DNA of 64,000 nucleotides from Octopus sinensis (taxonomy: Eukaryota). The stretch is taken from contig NC_043016.1 in the NCBI RefSeq assembly GCF_006345805.1, forward strand, positions 3,224,001 through 3,288,000, written 5' to 3'. Position 1 is the first letter of the stretch; every line of letters begins with the position of its first letter. The notes under the pieces are model-generated. The model saw nothing but the letters and a program-made list of their open reading frames with translations. It had not been told where the DNA came from and did not search any database. Positions 53,045 through 64,000 of this stretch are shown piece after piece. The translations under genes and the position numbers were made by a program.

Positions 53045-53807
53045 TATAATCAAAATAAGCAACAAGAATATCTCTGGTAATTTGATACAATCGTTTCACG
53101 CTACATCATTTTATTAAATATTGTAAATATTACAACAGTTTTAAAATGTTGAGCAATCATCAGCCAATTTATAGAGGTTTCCCATTAATACATAATTTTC
53201 ATATTAATTGATAACATTATAGAGAAGGTAGACAAAGATGTTGATTTGAAGTTTAAGAACATTAAGGTAGTAGAGCTTATCTTATGACTGAAGAATATTC
53301 TTTAAGTTATTTTGAACTACTAGAAGGTTGGGAGGAAACAAAAGAGATTTTCTATTTATAGAAATAGGGGTGAATTAAATGTCAGAAATTATTCATTAAG
53401 AAATAAAACTCCCTCTCCACTTTTATTTCTTAATGAATAATTTCTGACATTTACTTAAGCCCATTTCTATAAATAGAAAATCCCTTTTGTCTCCTTCAAC
53501 TGAATGTGCCTTGCAACCTTCTAGTAGTTCAAAATAACTTAAAGAATATTCTTCAGTCATAAGATAAGCTCTACTACCTCAATGTTCTTAAACTTCAAAT
53601 CAACATCTTTGTCTATATATCTACCTTCTCTATAATGTTATCAATTAATATGAAAATTATGTATTAATGGGAAACCTCTATAAATTGGCTGATGATTGCT
53701 CAACATTTTAAAACTGTTGTAATATTTACAATATTTAATAAAATGATGTAGCATGAAACGATTGTACCAAATTACCGGAGATATTCTTGTTGCTTATTTT
53801 GATTATA
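53045..53807. repeat. 763 bp near-perfect palindrome (arms 53045-53408 / 53421-53807, 12 nt loop)
   Basis: Arms are reverse complements with a few transitions and two small indels; right end runs into (TA)n. Confidence 0.95.
53685..53770 (+). ncRNA. Type I hammerhead with intact core and long stem II; mirror copy at 53081-53167 on the minus strand
   Basis: Stem I TTGG/CCAA; CTGATGA; stem II TGCT..ACAT/ATGTAGCA (T-T at the base); GAAA; AC-GATT-GT stem III; GUA site. Confidence 0.65.
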
Positions 53808-53884
53808 TATATATATATATATATATAGTACGTTTAAATATTTGTTGTGCAACATTTTTTATGTGAAGTCATGTGTTGAAACAG

Positions 53885-54425
53885 ATATTGTTATACTTCG
53901 GAATGGTCATTTTGCCAGTTTAGCCAATAAAAACACACGCACTATATATTTGGTGTTACTTTGCTTCAGTGTTATTTATTTTTTACATTAATCTTAATCT
54001 TATTTCAGCCAGAGTTCTTTCGTCACACTCCTGTGACCGCATTAGTGGTCCTTTGTTTTCTTCTCACTTATTTGTGTCTCTCCTTACTAACCGTCAGCCA
54101 TTTTGTATTTCTATTGTATGTCTTCATTTGCGCATGCTTATATCTCTATGTGCGTTTATGTTTATTTAGTGTGTGTATGTGGGGGATGCCTGTAATATTT
54201 GTATCTTCTGTTTATATATGTTCATGTAATTTGTAATTTTATATGTTCATGTAATTTGTATTTTGTATTTTGTTTTTGTTTTTGTTTTTGTTTTTGTTGT
54301 TTTTGTTTATTCTTATTTTGTTCACGTGTTTACATCCACCCATTATTATCATTACATATGCTTGAATGTATGTATGTATGTATGTATAACAACAATACTA
54401 GTAATAATAATAATAAATTGAATCG

Positions 54426-54485
<60 letters not shown>

Positions 54486-55513
54486 CATATATACATATAC
54501 ACATACACATATATACATATATATAGTTATTTATTTATTTATCTGTGTATTTATTATGTTTTCAGGATCCTCTATCGTCATATGTTGTGGTGTGTGTTAG
54601 TGCTCCATTCTAGTTTTCTATTCAGGCTAGGTTTATTTTCTATTATGTGTGTAGCTTCTGTAATTTGTCTAATTGTTGCATCTGATCTATGTGTGGATAA
54701 TATTTTAATTTCTATGTTATTGATTGATCCCCCGTGTTCTTGTTTGGCGTGTTGGTACAGAATCGATGAGCTTTTACCTTCCTTGAGTTGTCTCCAATGC
54801 TCATTTACCCGCTCTCCTATGCTTCTTGCAGTTTCCCCTACGTATGTCGTTGTCTTGTTACTGCATCGTCCCTCTATACATCTTATACTATATGTATATA
54901 TGTGTATGTGTATATGTATATATGTATGTGTATATATATATATATATATATTTTTTTTTTTTCGATTCAATTTATTATTATTATTACTAGTATTGTTGTT
55001 ATACATACATACATACATACATACATACATACATACATACATACAAGCATATGTAATGATAATAATGGGTGGATGTAAACACGTGAACAAAATAAGAATA
55101 AACAAAAACAACAAAAACAAAAACAAAAACAAAATACAAAATACAAATTACATGAACATATAAAATTACAAATTGCATGAACATATATAAACAGAAGATA
55201 CAAATATTACAGGCATCCCCCACATACACACTAAATAACATAAACGCACATAGAGATATAAGCATGCGCAAATGAAGACATACAATAGAAATACAAAATG
55301 GCTGACGGTTAGTAAGGAGAGACACAAATAAGTGAGAAGAAACAAAGGACCACTGATGCGGTCACAGGAGTGTGACGAAAGAACTCTGGCTGAAATAAGA
55401 TTAAGATTAATGTAAAAAATAAATAACACTGAAGCAAAGTAACACCAAATATATAGTGCGCGTGTTTTTATTGGCTAAACTGGCAAAATGACCATTCCGA
55501 AGTATAACAATAT
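53885..55513 (-). mobile_element. 5'-truncated Penelope-like element with inverted pseudo-LTRs
   Basis: Arms 53885-54527 / 54887-55513 flank a minus-strand GIY-YIG C-terminus (YSIRC...C...YVGETARSIGERVNEH...ITEATHI...PSLNRKLEW*). Confidence 0.88.
55350..55389 (+). ncRNA. Minimal hammerhead-like motif in the pLTR; mirror copy at ~54010-54051 on the minus strand
   Basis: CCA-CTGATGC-G-GTCAC-6nt-GTGAC-GAAA-GAAC-TC-TGG. Position 9 is C instead of A; the mirror copy also has G5A. Confidence 0.55.
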
Positions 55514-55868
55514 ATATATATATATATATTTCACCGTTAATGCTTCTGTATTTCATGTTTCTGTATTCCATTATTGTTTTTTTTTTTTTTTTTTATATAT
55601 CTGTCCCTTTTGCTGTCCTGGTGTTCGTATGCATTCGATCCTTCTTCCAGGAAATCTACGCTTCCAGCTTAGTTTTTCTAATGCTCGTTGCTTAGTTTTT
55701 CTTGGAGGGCTGGCCGTGATCTAGTAATCTCAAGATTAATCAGCCGAAATTACTACGATGATCCGGTTCTTGACTGAAGACTGAGGGGTTCGAATGTCCT
55801 GTCCATGTTTATTGTATCGTCTTCTAAGAGTTATACGTTCTTGTCCATGTTGTATTTTTCTACATACC

Positions 55869-55920
<52 letters not shown>

Positions 55921-55988
55921 TATGTATATGCTATCATTATTTATATGTTTATATACATACATACATACATACATATATATATATATAT

Positions 55989-56025
<37 letters not shown>

Positions 56026-56028
<3 letters not shown>

Positions 56029-58764
56029 TTAGAGACATATTACTTGAAGCCCTTGACGAAATAGAAGGGGATACAGCTTCACATGGGGTAGAAGACAACT
56101 GGAGGTTTCTAAGGGACAACCTGCTGAGAGTCACTGACCAAATCTGTGGTTGGTGCAAAGTCCCCTCAAGACCTAAAATAACGTGGTGGTGGAACAATAT
56201 TGTTGACAGGGCTATTAGACAAAAGAAACAGGCTTGGAAGGACTGGAAGAACGGTGGTAGCAGGGAAGTGTATCAGACTGCCAGAAGGGAAGCTAAGAGA
56301 CAGGTCTATTTAGCCAGAGGGGAAGCAGATAAGAAAAAAATTTGCCAATGTTCTGCGCCGTGAGGACGAAAGACTTGAGGTATTTTGTGTTGCAAGACAG
56401 TGTGTGAGAGAGAATCGTGATGTGGTAGGAGAGAAATGTGTTCGCATGGATGATGGTTCACTTGCGCTAAATGAGGATGCAAAGAGAGAGGTTTGGAGAT
56501 GCCACTATGAAAGGTTGCTGAATAAAGAAAATACATGTGATAAAGAGAGTCTGCCGAATGTCGACCCTACAGAGGGACCAGCTATCCGTGTTGACAGTTC
56601 CTTGGTAGTTAAGGCATGAAGAAAGGGAAAGCCCCAGGCCCATCAGGAATTACTGCAGAGATGCTCAAAATATCTGGCAGTGTCGGCTATAGCCTAGTCA
56701 CCCGTATAGTTATTCAAGTGATACACGAAGGAGTCATACGCAATGACTGGTGTTGCAGCATAATAGTTAACTGCTACAAAGGTAAAGGTGACGCCCTAGA
56801 TACAAATAATTACAGAGGCATCAAGCTGTTGGATCAGGTTGCGGAGAGGGTCATAGCCCAACTTATTAGGGAGAGAGTCAACTTGGATGAGATGCAGTTT
56901 GGTTTCGTGCCAGGGAAAAGCACCACCGATGACATATTTCTGGTAAGACAGCTGCAGGAGAAATACCAAGCCAAAGATAAGCCCCTGCTGACATGGAGAA
57001 AGCCTTTGACAGGGTCCCCCGATTCCTTATCTGGTGGTCAATGAGGAAACTAGAGATAGATGAATGGTTAGTGAGAGCTGTGCAAGCCATGTACAGGGAC
57101 GCTAAAAGTAAGGTAAGGGTTGGCAACGAGTACACTGAAGAATTCAAAGTAGAGGTTGGGGTCCACCAGGGTCCAGTCCTCAGCCCCCTCCTATAGTCAT
57201 CCAGGCAATAACGGAGGAATTCAAGACAGGATGCCCCTGGGAGCTTCTCTATACTGATGACCTTGCTCTAATCGCTGAGTCGCTATCAGAACTAGAGAAG
57301 TTTCAAACATGGAAACAAGGATTAGAATTGAAGGGCCTTAGAATCAACCTAGATAAAATCAAAGTCCTAATAAGTAGGAAGGCAGGCAAACCACAAATCC
57401 CTTCAGGTAGATGGCCCTGCTCGACCTGTAGTAGAAGTGTAGGTAGAAACTCTATAAGATGTACCCAGTGTAAGCTATAGATACATAAGAGGTGCAGTAA
57501 TATCAAAGGAAGGCGAACTGGGAAGATAGTTATTATATGTAGCAGATGCTCGGGAGCAATAAACACTGAAAATACGCAGAGACCAACTTCCACCACATTC
57601 CAGGGAGAAAAAATAGAACCAGTTGATAGCTTCCGTTATCTAGGTAGCCAAATCAGTAGTGGAGGAGGGTGTAGCTGCTAGAATAAAAATAGCTTGGGCA
57701 AAGTTCAGAGAGCTCTTACCTCTGCTGGTGACAAAGGGCCTCTCGCTCAGAGTAAAAGGTAGACTGTATGATGCATGTGTACGAACAGCCATGCTACACG
57801 ACAGTGAAACATGGGCTGTGACTGCTGAGGACATGCGTAAGCTCGCAAGGAATGAAGCCAGTATGATCCGATGGATGTGTAATGTCAGTGTGCATACTCA
57901 ACAGTGTAAGTACCTTGAGAGAAAAGTTGGATCTAAGAAGCATTAGATGTGGTGTGCAAGAGAGACGACTGCGCTGGTATGGTCATGTGGTGAGAATGGA
58001 TGGGGACAGCTGTGTAAAAAAGTGCCACACCCTAGCCGTTGAGGGAACCTGTGGAAGAGGTAGACCCAGGAAGACCTGGGATGAAGTGGTGAAGCACGAC
58101 CTTCGAACATTAGGCCTCACCAAGGAAATGACTAGCGACCGAGACCTTTGGAAATATGCTGTGCTCGAGAAGACCCGGCAGGCCAGATGAAACCATAGCC
58201 CGTGGCCTATGTCAGGAGCATAACCAGCTCGCTTATGCGTAGCTTTTCCTTCTTTGGTCACTAAACTTTGCTTGCGAAGACCTGTTGAGGCAAGTGAAAT
58301 CAAAATCATTTCGATGACTGGCATCCATGCTAGCGGGGTGCAAAGAGCACCATACGAGTGTGATCGTTGACAGAGAGGCTATTCGAGTATGATCGATACC
58401 AGCGTCGCCTTACTGGCACTTATGCCTGTGCTAGTAGGGTGCCAAGAACACCATCCGAGCGTGATCGTTGTGATCGTTGCCAGAGCAGCTAACTTGCTTC
58501 CGTACCCGTGGCACGTAAAAGTGTCGGTGGCACGTGTAAAAAGATTCAAGTGAGGTCATTGCCAGTACCGCCTGACTGGACCCCGTGCAGGTGGCACGTA
58601 AAAAGCACCCACTACACTCTCGGAGTGGTTGGCGTTAGGAAGGGCATCCAGCTGTAGAAACTCTGCCAGGTCAAGACTGGTGCCTGGTGCAGCCATCTGG
58701 CTCTCTGACTTCAGTCAAAATCGCCCAACCCATGCCAGCATGGAAAACGGACGTTAAATGATGA
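56026..58764 (+). mobile_element. RTE-clade LINE (RT with PHD-like Cys insert), largest copy, in AK7 intron 3
   Basis: KAPGPSGI, NYRGIKLL, QFGFVPGKSTTD, KAFDRVPR, GVHQGPVLSPLL, LLYTDDL, WPCSTC...C..C..IHKRC...CSRC, FRYLG, GRGRPRKTW; ATG-repeat tail. Confidence 0.93.
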
Positions 58765-59120
58765 TATATATATATAAAAGAGTAAAAAGAGAGAGTAAAA
58801 TATATATATATATATATATATTCACGTGTGGTTGGAAAGCAAACTTCTTACCACATGCTTGCACCTGTGTGTGTGTGTATACGTGTGTGTTTGGGTTGTG
58901 TTTATCCTCCAAACATCACTTGACAGCCCGATAGAATTAGTACTAGGCTTACAAAGAATAAGTTCTGGGGTCAATTTCTGCGACTAGAAACCCTTTAAGG
59001 CAGTGCTTTAAGCCACAATCAAGTGACTGAAATAAATAACGGAATAATACACTCTTTGCTTGATCTTTTTCTTTCTTGTATGATATTTGTATTTTTATTT
59101 GTATGTTTTGCTTTTTAAAG

Positions 59121-59215
59121 AACTCCATGCAGACCTGGATAAGATTGTAAAGCCAAAGATATTTATTCTCATTTCATCAATTCTGACTTGGGCAAAGACA
59201 AAACCAACAGATGCT
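59121..59215 (+). CDS. AK7: AK7 coding exon 4 ((E)LHADLDKIVKPKIFILISSILTWAKTKPTDA)
   Basis: Acceptor ttttgctttttaaag|, 95 nt, donor |gtaagt, phase 1/0. G|AA joins exon 3 to give Glu. Matches recalled AK7 KLFILLSTVMTWARSK. Exon 5 was not found in the window. Confidence 0.92.
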
Positions 59216-59491
59216 GTAAGTATGCAAACTGTTAATATTTGTCCCTGCCTTTATTGTTGTTGTTGTTGTCAAAGTGAGCAGACGTATAAAGACAGACATT
59301 CCACCTATGAACATCCATTCTTTTTCTAAGTATTATATTTCACAGAGGCATTATATACCTCCCACTCCTTTTTTAAGAGGGTAACTATACATACATACAT
59401 ACGTACGTATGTATGTATGTACGTACATACATACCTATATATGTCTCTCTCTCTCTCTTTCTCTTTCTCTCTCTCTCTCTCTCTTTCTCTT

Positions 59492-59540
<49 letters not shown>

Positions 59541-59576
59541 GGAGTTAAACGCAGGTTTTTATTCAAATTCTTTTAC

Positions 59577-59622
59577 TTCCGACACATGTTTCGAAGATAT
59601 CCCTGGTATTATTCCAAAGGAA
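59577..59622 (-). ncRNA. Heavily decayed hammerhead remnant
   Basis: TTCC/GGAA stem I, GAAA-CATGTG-TC site; the CUGANGA core is unrecognisable (TTTGGAA). Confidence 0.3.
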
Positions 59623-60279
59623 TAAAATGGTGTAAAAGAATGTAATCTTCTCTTTAGGGAAGTGAAGAAATGAAATTCTTCAATAAGACTTTTTAACAGA
59701 AAATGATGGATATGTATAGTGATTAACTGAACGCTATTAAGTTTGTTTCGAAAAAATGTTAGAGGATATGACGTCAGAGGTAGCCTATAGAAAGAGGAGG
59801 GGGGAAAAACCCAAATAAATGAGAAGTATATAACTATATGTATATTAAATAAAACCATATAGACTTGGAAAAATATATATCTAGTGAATGTGAAATGTAA
59901 GAAGAGAATTAATCTAAATTGTATATAATGATAGATATCACTTATATGAACTAAAGGTGTGTTTCTGCCAATGTTTACATCGGTATGCACGTTATATAAC
60001 CGTGTTTACTAGGGGATTTTTAGAAAAACGAATAAAAAATAGTTCAGAATTACAGAGAAGACAGAATTCCTTGTATTTGTCATAAGGTATCGAGATTCAG
60101 AGAATCAACCAATCTAAATTAAATTGTGGTCTTTTAGATCCCACATTAATTTACTTAGCCCTGTACTGTTACGTTTATTCCTATCCCTAAATGTTGAGTA
60201 GTGATTAGAAATTCTAGATCCCCATGGGATCTATTTCAGGTAAAGTGCCTCTATTTCAGCAAACAAGGAAAATTCTTAA

Positions 60280-60745
60280 TTAAATGAACCAGAGTGCGGT
60301 GATGCTGCTGAGGAAGGATCTGAATAAATGGCACGTTGTAGACTACTTCTAACTCATAACTAACAGGTCCATTCGCGACGGCCTCCACATCATGCTATAC
60401 GTGATTGAACTGCTCCGGAAAAATGTGTGCTTTATTGGGGTACTGGTTAATTAGATCACTTGATGGTAGCCTCATTAAGAGCAGTTCGTTTTAGTCGCGT
60501 CTTCAGAGGCTAGATGACTACGATATACAGCGGATTCTCTACAGTAGTCGCATTAAACGACCACCCCTTGAGCATCGGACGCTCGGTCCGTTTAAGATGC
60601 CACCGCTCTCTTCTCTTGTATATTTTTGATCAGGAGCCACTGCTAAGATGGACACTATGAGTAGTATCTCACTCGAAATGAATCACAAATCAGTGCAGTC
60701 GTGTCTTTACGCAGACGACGTAACTATCATGGTGTCCGACACTTC
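60280..60745 (+). mobile_element. Tx1/L1-like RT fragment
   Basis: RSIRDGLHIMLYVIE and YADDVTIMVSD. Confidence 0.65.
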
Positions 60746-60859
60746 TGATATAAATACAGAGTGTTCCGGCCAGATTTGACGAATTTTAAGTCTCCTTTTT
60801 TTCAGGAACAGCTTGGTGTATTGGTGAACAGTTAACAGAATTGGAGAACAGAAAGCTCG

Positions 60860-60887
60860 CTAGCAATGCATCCCGGCATTACCCGGG
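60860..60887 (-). mobile_element. Helitron-like 3' terminus
   Basis: CCCGG-6nt-CCGGG hairpin, 8 nt, CTAG; the flanking base is C, not the canonical T. Confidence 0.45.
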
Positions 60888-61260
60888 TGTCATTATAGCC
60901 ATATTGTATTATTTGTTCCTTTTTTTATGGGCAGAATCAGCACAGCTGATATATAATGAACTGGATTACTGACGTAACGGAAGTTATTGTTTGTTTAAAA
61001 GTGAAGGTGGTTGGAGGGTACAGTTTGCATGAAAGTGCTTTCTGTTCTTAAGAAGGATCACAAACTATGTATTGTTTCGTCGTATAAAAAGGGATTAATA
61101 CGATTTTGCCCAGAAATCATGTTTTCAAAATTTTAGTTTCCCCCGTCCCCACCGTAATTCCTTAATTTGTAACTTTTTCACGAATTTTTTTTTATTCATG
61201 TAGAAAAATACAAAGATTACGATTCTAGAAAATATATTTTTTTTTAAGATTTAATTTTTC

Positions 61261-61565
61261 TTAAAGAAACACTCAATGCCCTTTCCCCAATCTACCCCAC
61301 CTATCATCTACCTGCTTTCAAAAAGTTGAAAACTCCCTATGTTTCACTTTCGTCTGATGTTTCACGCATGTACAGAATTGTAGCAGACGTAAAAAATATT
61401 AGAACACCACCAGAAAACCCGATATGCTAGAAACAACGGGTAAATGACATTATTTCTGAAGAAAGTTGCTCACTTCACAAAAAGCTACAAGTGAAACATT
61501 GGGTGTTTGTAGCTTTTTGAAAGTGGTGAGGTGGATGAGACACTCTGTTCCGAGTGTCTCTTTAA
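61261..61565. mobile_element. Palindromic MITE with TTAA target duplication and AG-starting TIRs (Kolobok-like)
   Basis: TTAA-AGAAACACTC ... GAGTGTCTCT-TTAA (9/10 TIR match); internal inverted arms at ~61316-61350 / 61489-61523. Confidence 0.65.
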
Positions 61566-63080
61566 CCTGCCGGGCGGTTTTCTGCTAGCCCCTTGATAAT
61601 ATTTTCAAATTTGATTCCCAGTTCTAATAATTTTTGTATTTTACGTCTAATCATTTTTTTGTATAATAGTGCTCACTTGTTTAATAAATATTGCTTTCAT
61701 TATTTATCACAGTCATAATCTCTTTGTTAAGCAAACATCATGGTAGTCAAACAACAGAGGGAGAGGCAGTTTGTCAAGTTTTACCTTCCCCTCAAAGCAA
61801 CATACAGATTTCAATTCAGCAGCCCAACTGTGAGCTTTGCAGTGTGTATGTTTGAGAGAGCGGAGTGGAGAGAACATTGCAAAGCAATGATGAAATAAAC
61901 ATGAAATGAAAAAATCATATAAATAAAAGGGCATTGCTACAGATGTATACGCCCCCGATTTTGTTGCCTCATAACATCCAGAAAAATGGATACATTTTAA
62001 CAAAATTTTCTACACATACTGTTTAGATGTGATAGGAATTTATGAAAAAGAATTTTTCCGAGGGGTGGAGAGAGGAAAATTTACACGATCTGACATTTTT
62101 TCCTCATAATTTTCAGGAAGATGAGTATCTTTTAATGAAAATTTATACAAATCCCTTTCAAACGATTATAAAGAAATCTGTGGGGAAAATTTTTTCGGGG
62201 ATTTTTCCCATTCTTTTTTAAGTCACAGCCTTCGAAATGATAGGGTTGGGAAGGGGACATCTTTGTATGAAAAAATTTTGTAAACTCTTTTTTTACACCC
62301 CCTCCTACATCATCCCACTCTGGACCTATTTTGGCCAATTTTTTTTTGCACTTCAAAACCACAGGAAGAGCATTTTCGGTAAATTAAAAAAAAAATTTGT
62401 TAATATTTTCAGAGGGAAAAGTGAGTGATTTAAGGGCGCTTTGGCTGTTGTTTCTAGCACATCCAAACACAACACTTCTCGTTTCTTTATCCCTCTCGCA
62501 TGTATTGATGATTTTCAATATTTTCCCCCATAAATATATTTCTATATTATGAAAAATGAAATTTGAGAAATTATGAGTTTTTCGCAACCCCGCTTCCTAC
62601 TCCTGATCGTTTCTGTTTAGAAATTAAAATATTGGAGAGCGTGAGAAGGTTATTGCTTTAGGGTGTCATTACACGTCCACACAGCGTACATTTAAAGTGT
62701 TTTGTACGTAACATCTGTATTTAAGCAGTACCCGCTGTATTTAAGTTGACCTGTTCACTGACAAAACTTCATAAAAGTGATGCAGCACGAAGTTTTGTCA
62801 GTGAGCACATACACACACACACACACACGCACGTACACACATACACATACACACACATTCATTGCCTTTCATTTGTGTGCATGTGTATCTATGTGTGCGC
62901 GCGAGTGTGTATTGGTTTGTGTGTGTGTATGTGTGTGTGTGAGTGTGTGTGTAGCTGTGTGTGTGTGCATGCGACTGAGTCGAGATGCCGGCGTGGAAAG
63001 GAAATAGGTGTATCCCTACTTTGGAAATGGCTCTCGGCTCGCCTTATACACACACACACACACACTCACACACACACACA

Positions 63081-63140
<60 letters not shown>

Positions 63141-63282
63141 TACGCACACCTACACTGCATGCTCTTGAGATATTGGAGAGGTTCACTGTACTAAAATACA
63201 TCAAGTTTTGAATTTTTCTCGACTTTTGACACACGCACACACACAATCACACCCACACCCATATACACGCGCGCGCACACAC

Positions 63283-63319
<37 letters not shown>

Positions 63320-64000
63320 CCTAGTGCTCAAATACACACTCAAGCACAAAGACGCAAATACCCGCACGCACACACATGCACACATACGGACCCCCCAGAA
63401 CACATGCCCCCCTCACACCTGTTGTTAGGGTGAATAGGTGCACGTTTTGTAGGTAACACTGTTGTCCTTTCACGCACACATTCCTTTTGTCATCACTCCT
63501 TTCAAATCTGCCAGTTTAGCCAACCATAGAGATACTCTTCCCCTTTATACTTGGCTAACTTTACTCATCTAAAATTTCATTGGTTATCGTTTCTAAAAAG
63601 ACTCTATTATTATTATTATTATCATCATCATCGTCATCATCATCATCATCATCATTATTACATTGTTGTTGTTGCTTTCACCTTTATTATTACTTTTTGT
63701 TGTTGTTTTGTTGTGCTATTTTCTTTCTTTGTCACCTTTCTCACTTTCTCTTGACAAAGGAAGTAAAAGTTTTGCTGCTGTTACTGCTACTGTTGTTGCT
63801 GTTGTTTAGTTTAGTTCAAGGTTTAGGCCCTTAAAAGTGCGACCTTATGTTCAAAAGCATTCCTGTAATAGTCATCCTGTCTTTTGTTGTTGTTGTTTAT
63901 TCACAGGAACTAGATCAGATTATCTAATGTGTGTATATTTTCTAAAATGGTGGCGTTAATCGAAGAAGATTAACCATGTGAATAAAATGATATTGCAAAA

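Noticed and set aside
55741-55805. CAGCCGAAAT...CTGAAGA...CGAATG words, also conserved in the related repeat at 19344-19400
   Set aside because: Could not be folded as a type I, II or III hammerhead: stem I does not pair and GAAA is GAAT.
60755-61550. Putative mariner-type TIR pair acagagtgt / acactctgt
   Set aside because: The right-hand match is better explained as part of the TTAA MITE at 61261-61565.
62104-62222. Candidate AK7 exon 5 (ttttcag|GAAGATGAG...; also ttcacag|GAA at 63907)
   Set aside because: Neither encodes the expected PFTEEDYRRRK.HPNF; both run into stops.

Overview
This is an AT-rich animal genomic window, probably from an octopus or another coleoid cephalopod; that assignment is an inference from the SINE families and microsatellite load. 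It contains one recognisable gene: coding exons 1-4 of adenylate kinase 7 (AK7) on the + strand, join(40814..40891,47788..47958,52253..52361,59121..59215), 151 codons, continuing beyond the window. A palindromic RFX X-box lies 26 bp upstream of its ATG. The rest is mostly decayed transposons: RTE, Tx1/L1 and R4/Dong LINEs, several Penelope-like elements (PLEs), Helitrons, mariners, TTAA MITEs, three tRNA-type SINE families and microsatellites, plus one 100-N gap. Most ORFs in the supplied track are microsatellite artefacts. The main finding is a set of about ten hammerhead-ribozyme (HHR)-like motifs linked to PLE termini. Four long inverted repeats (18.6-19.1, 26.0-26.8, 53.0-53.8 and 53.9-55.5 kb) each carry HHRs pointing outwards. 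Two of these repeats lie in AK7 intron 3, where they would place sense-strand ribozymes inside long dsRNA stems. All alignments and folds were done by eye; no search or folding program was run.
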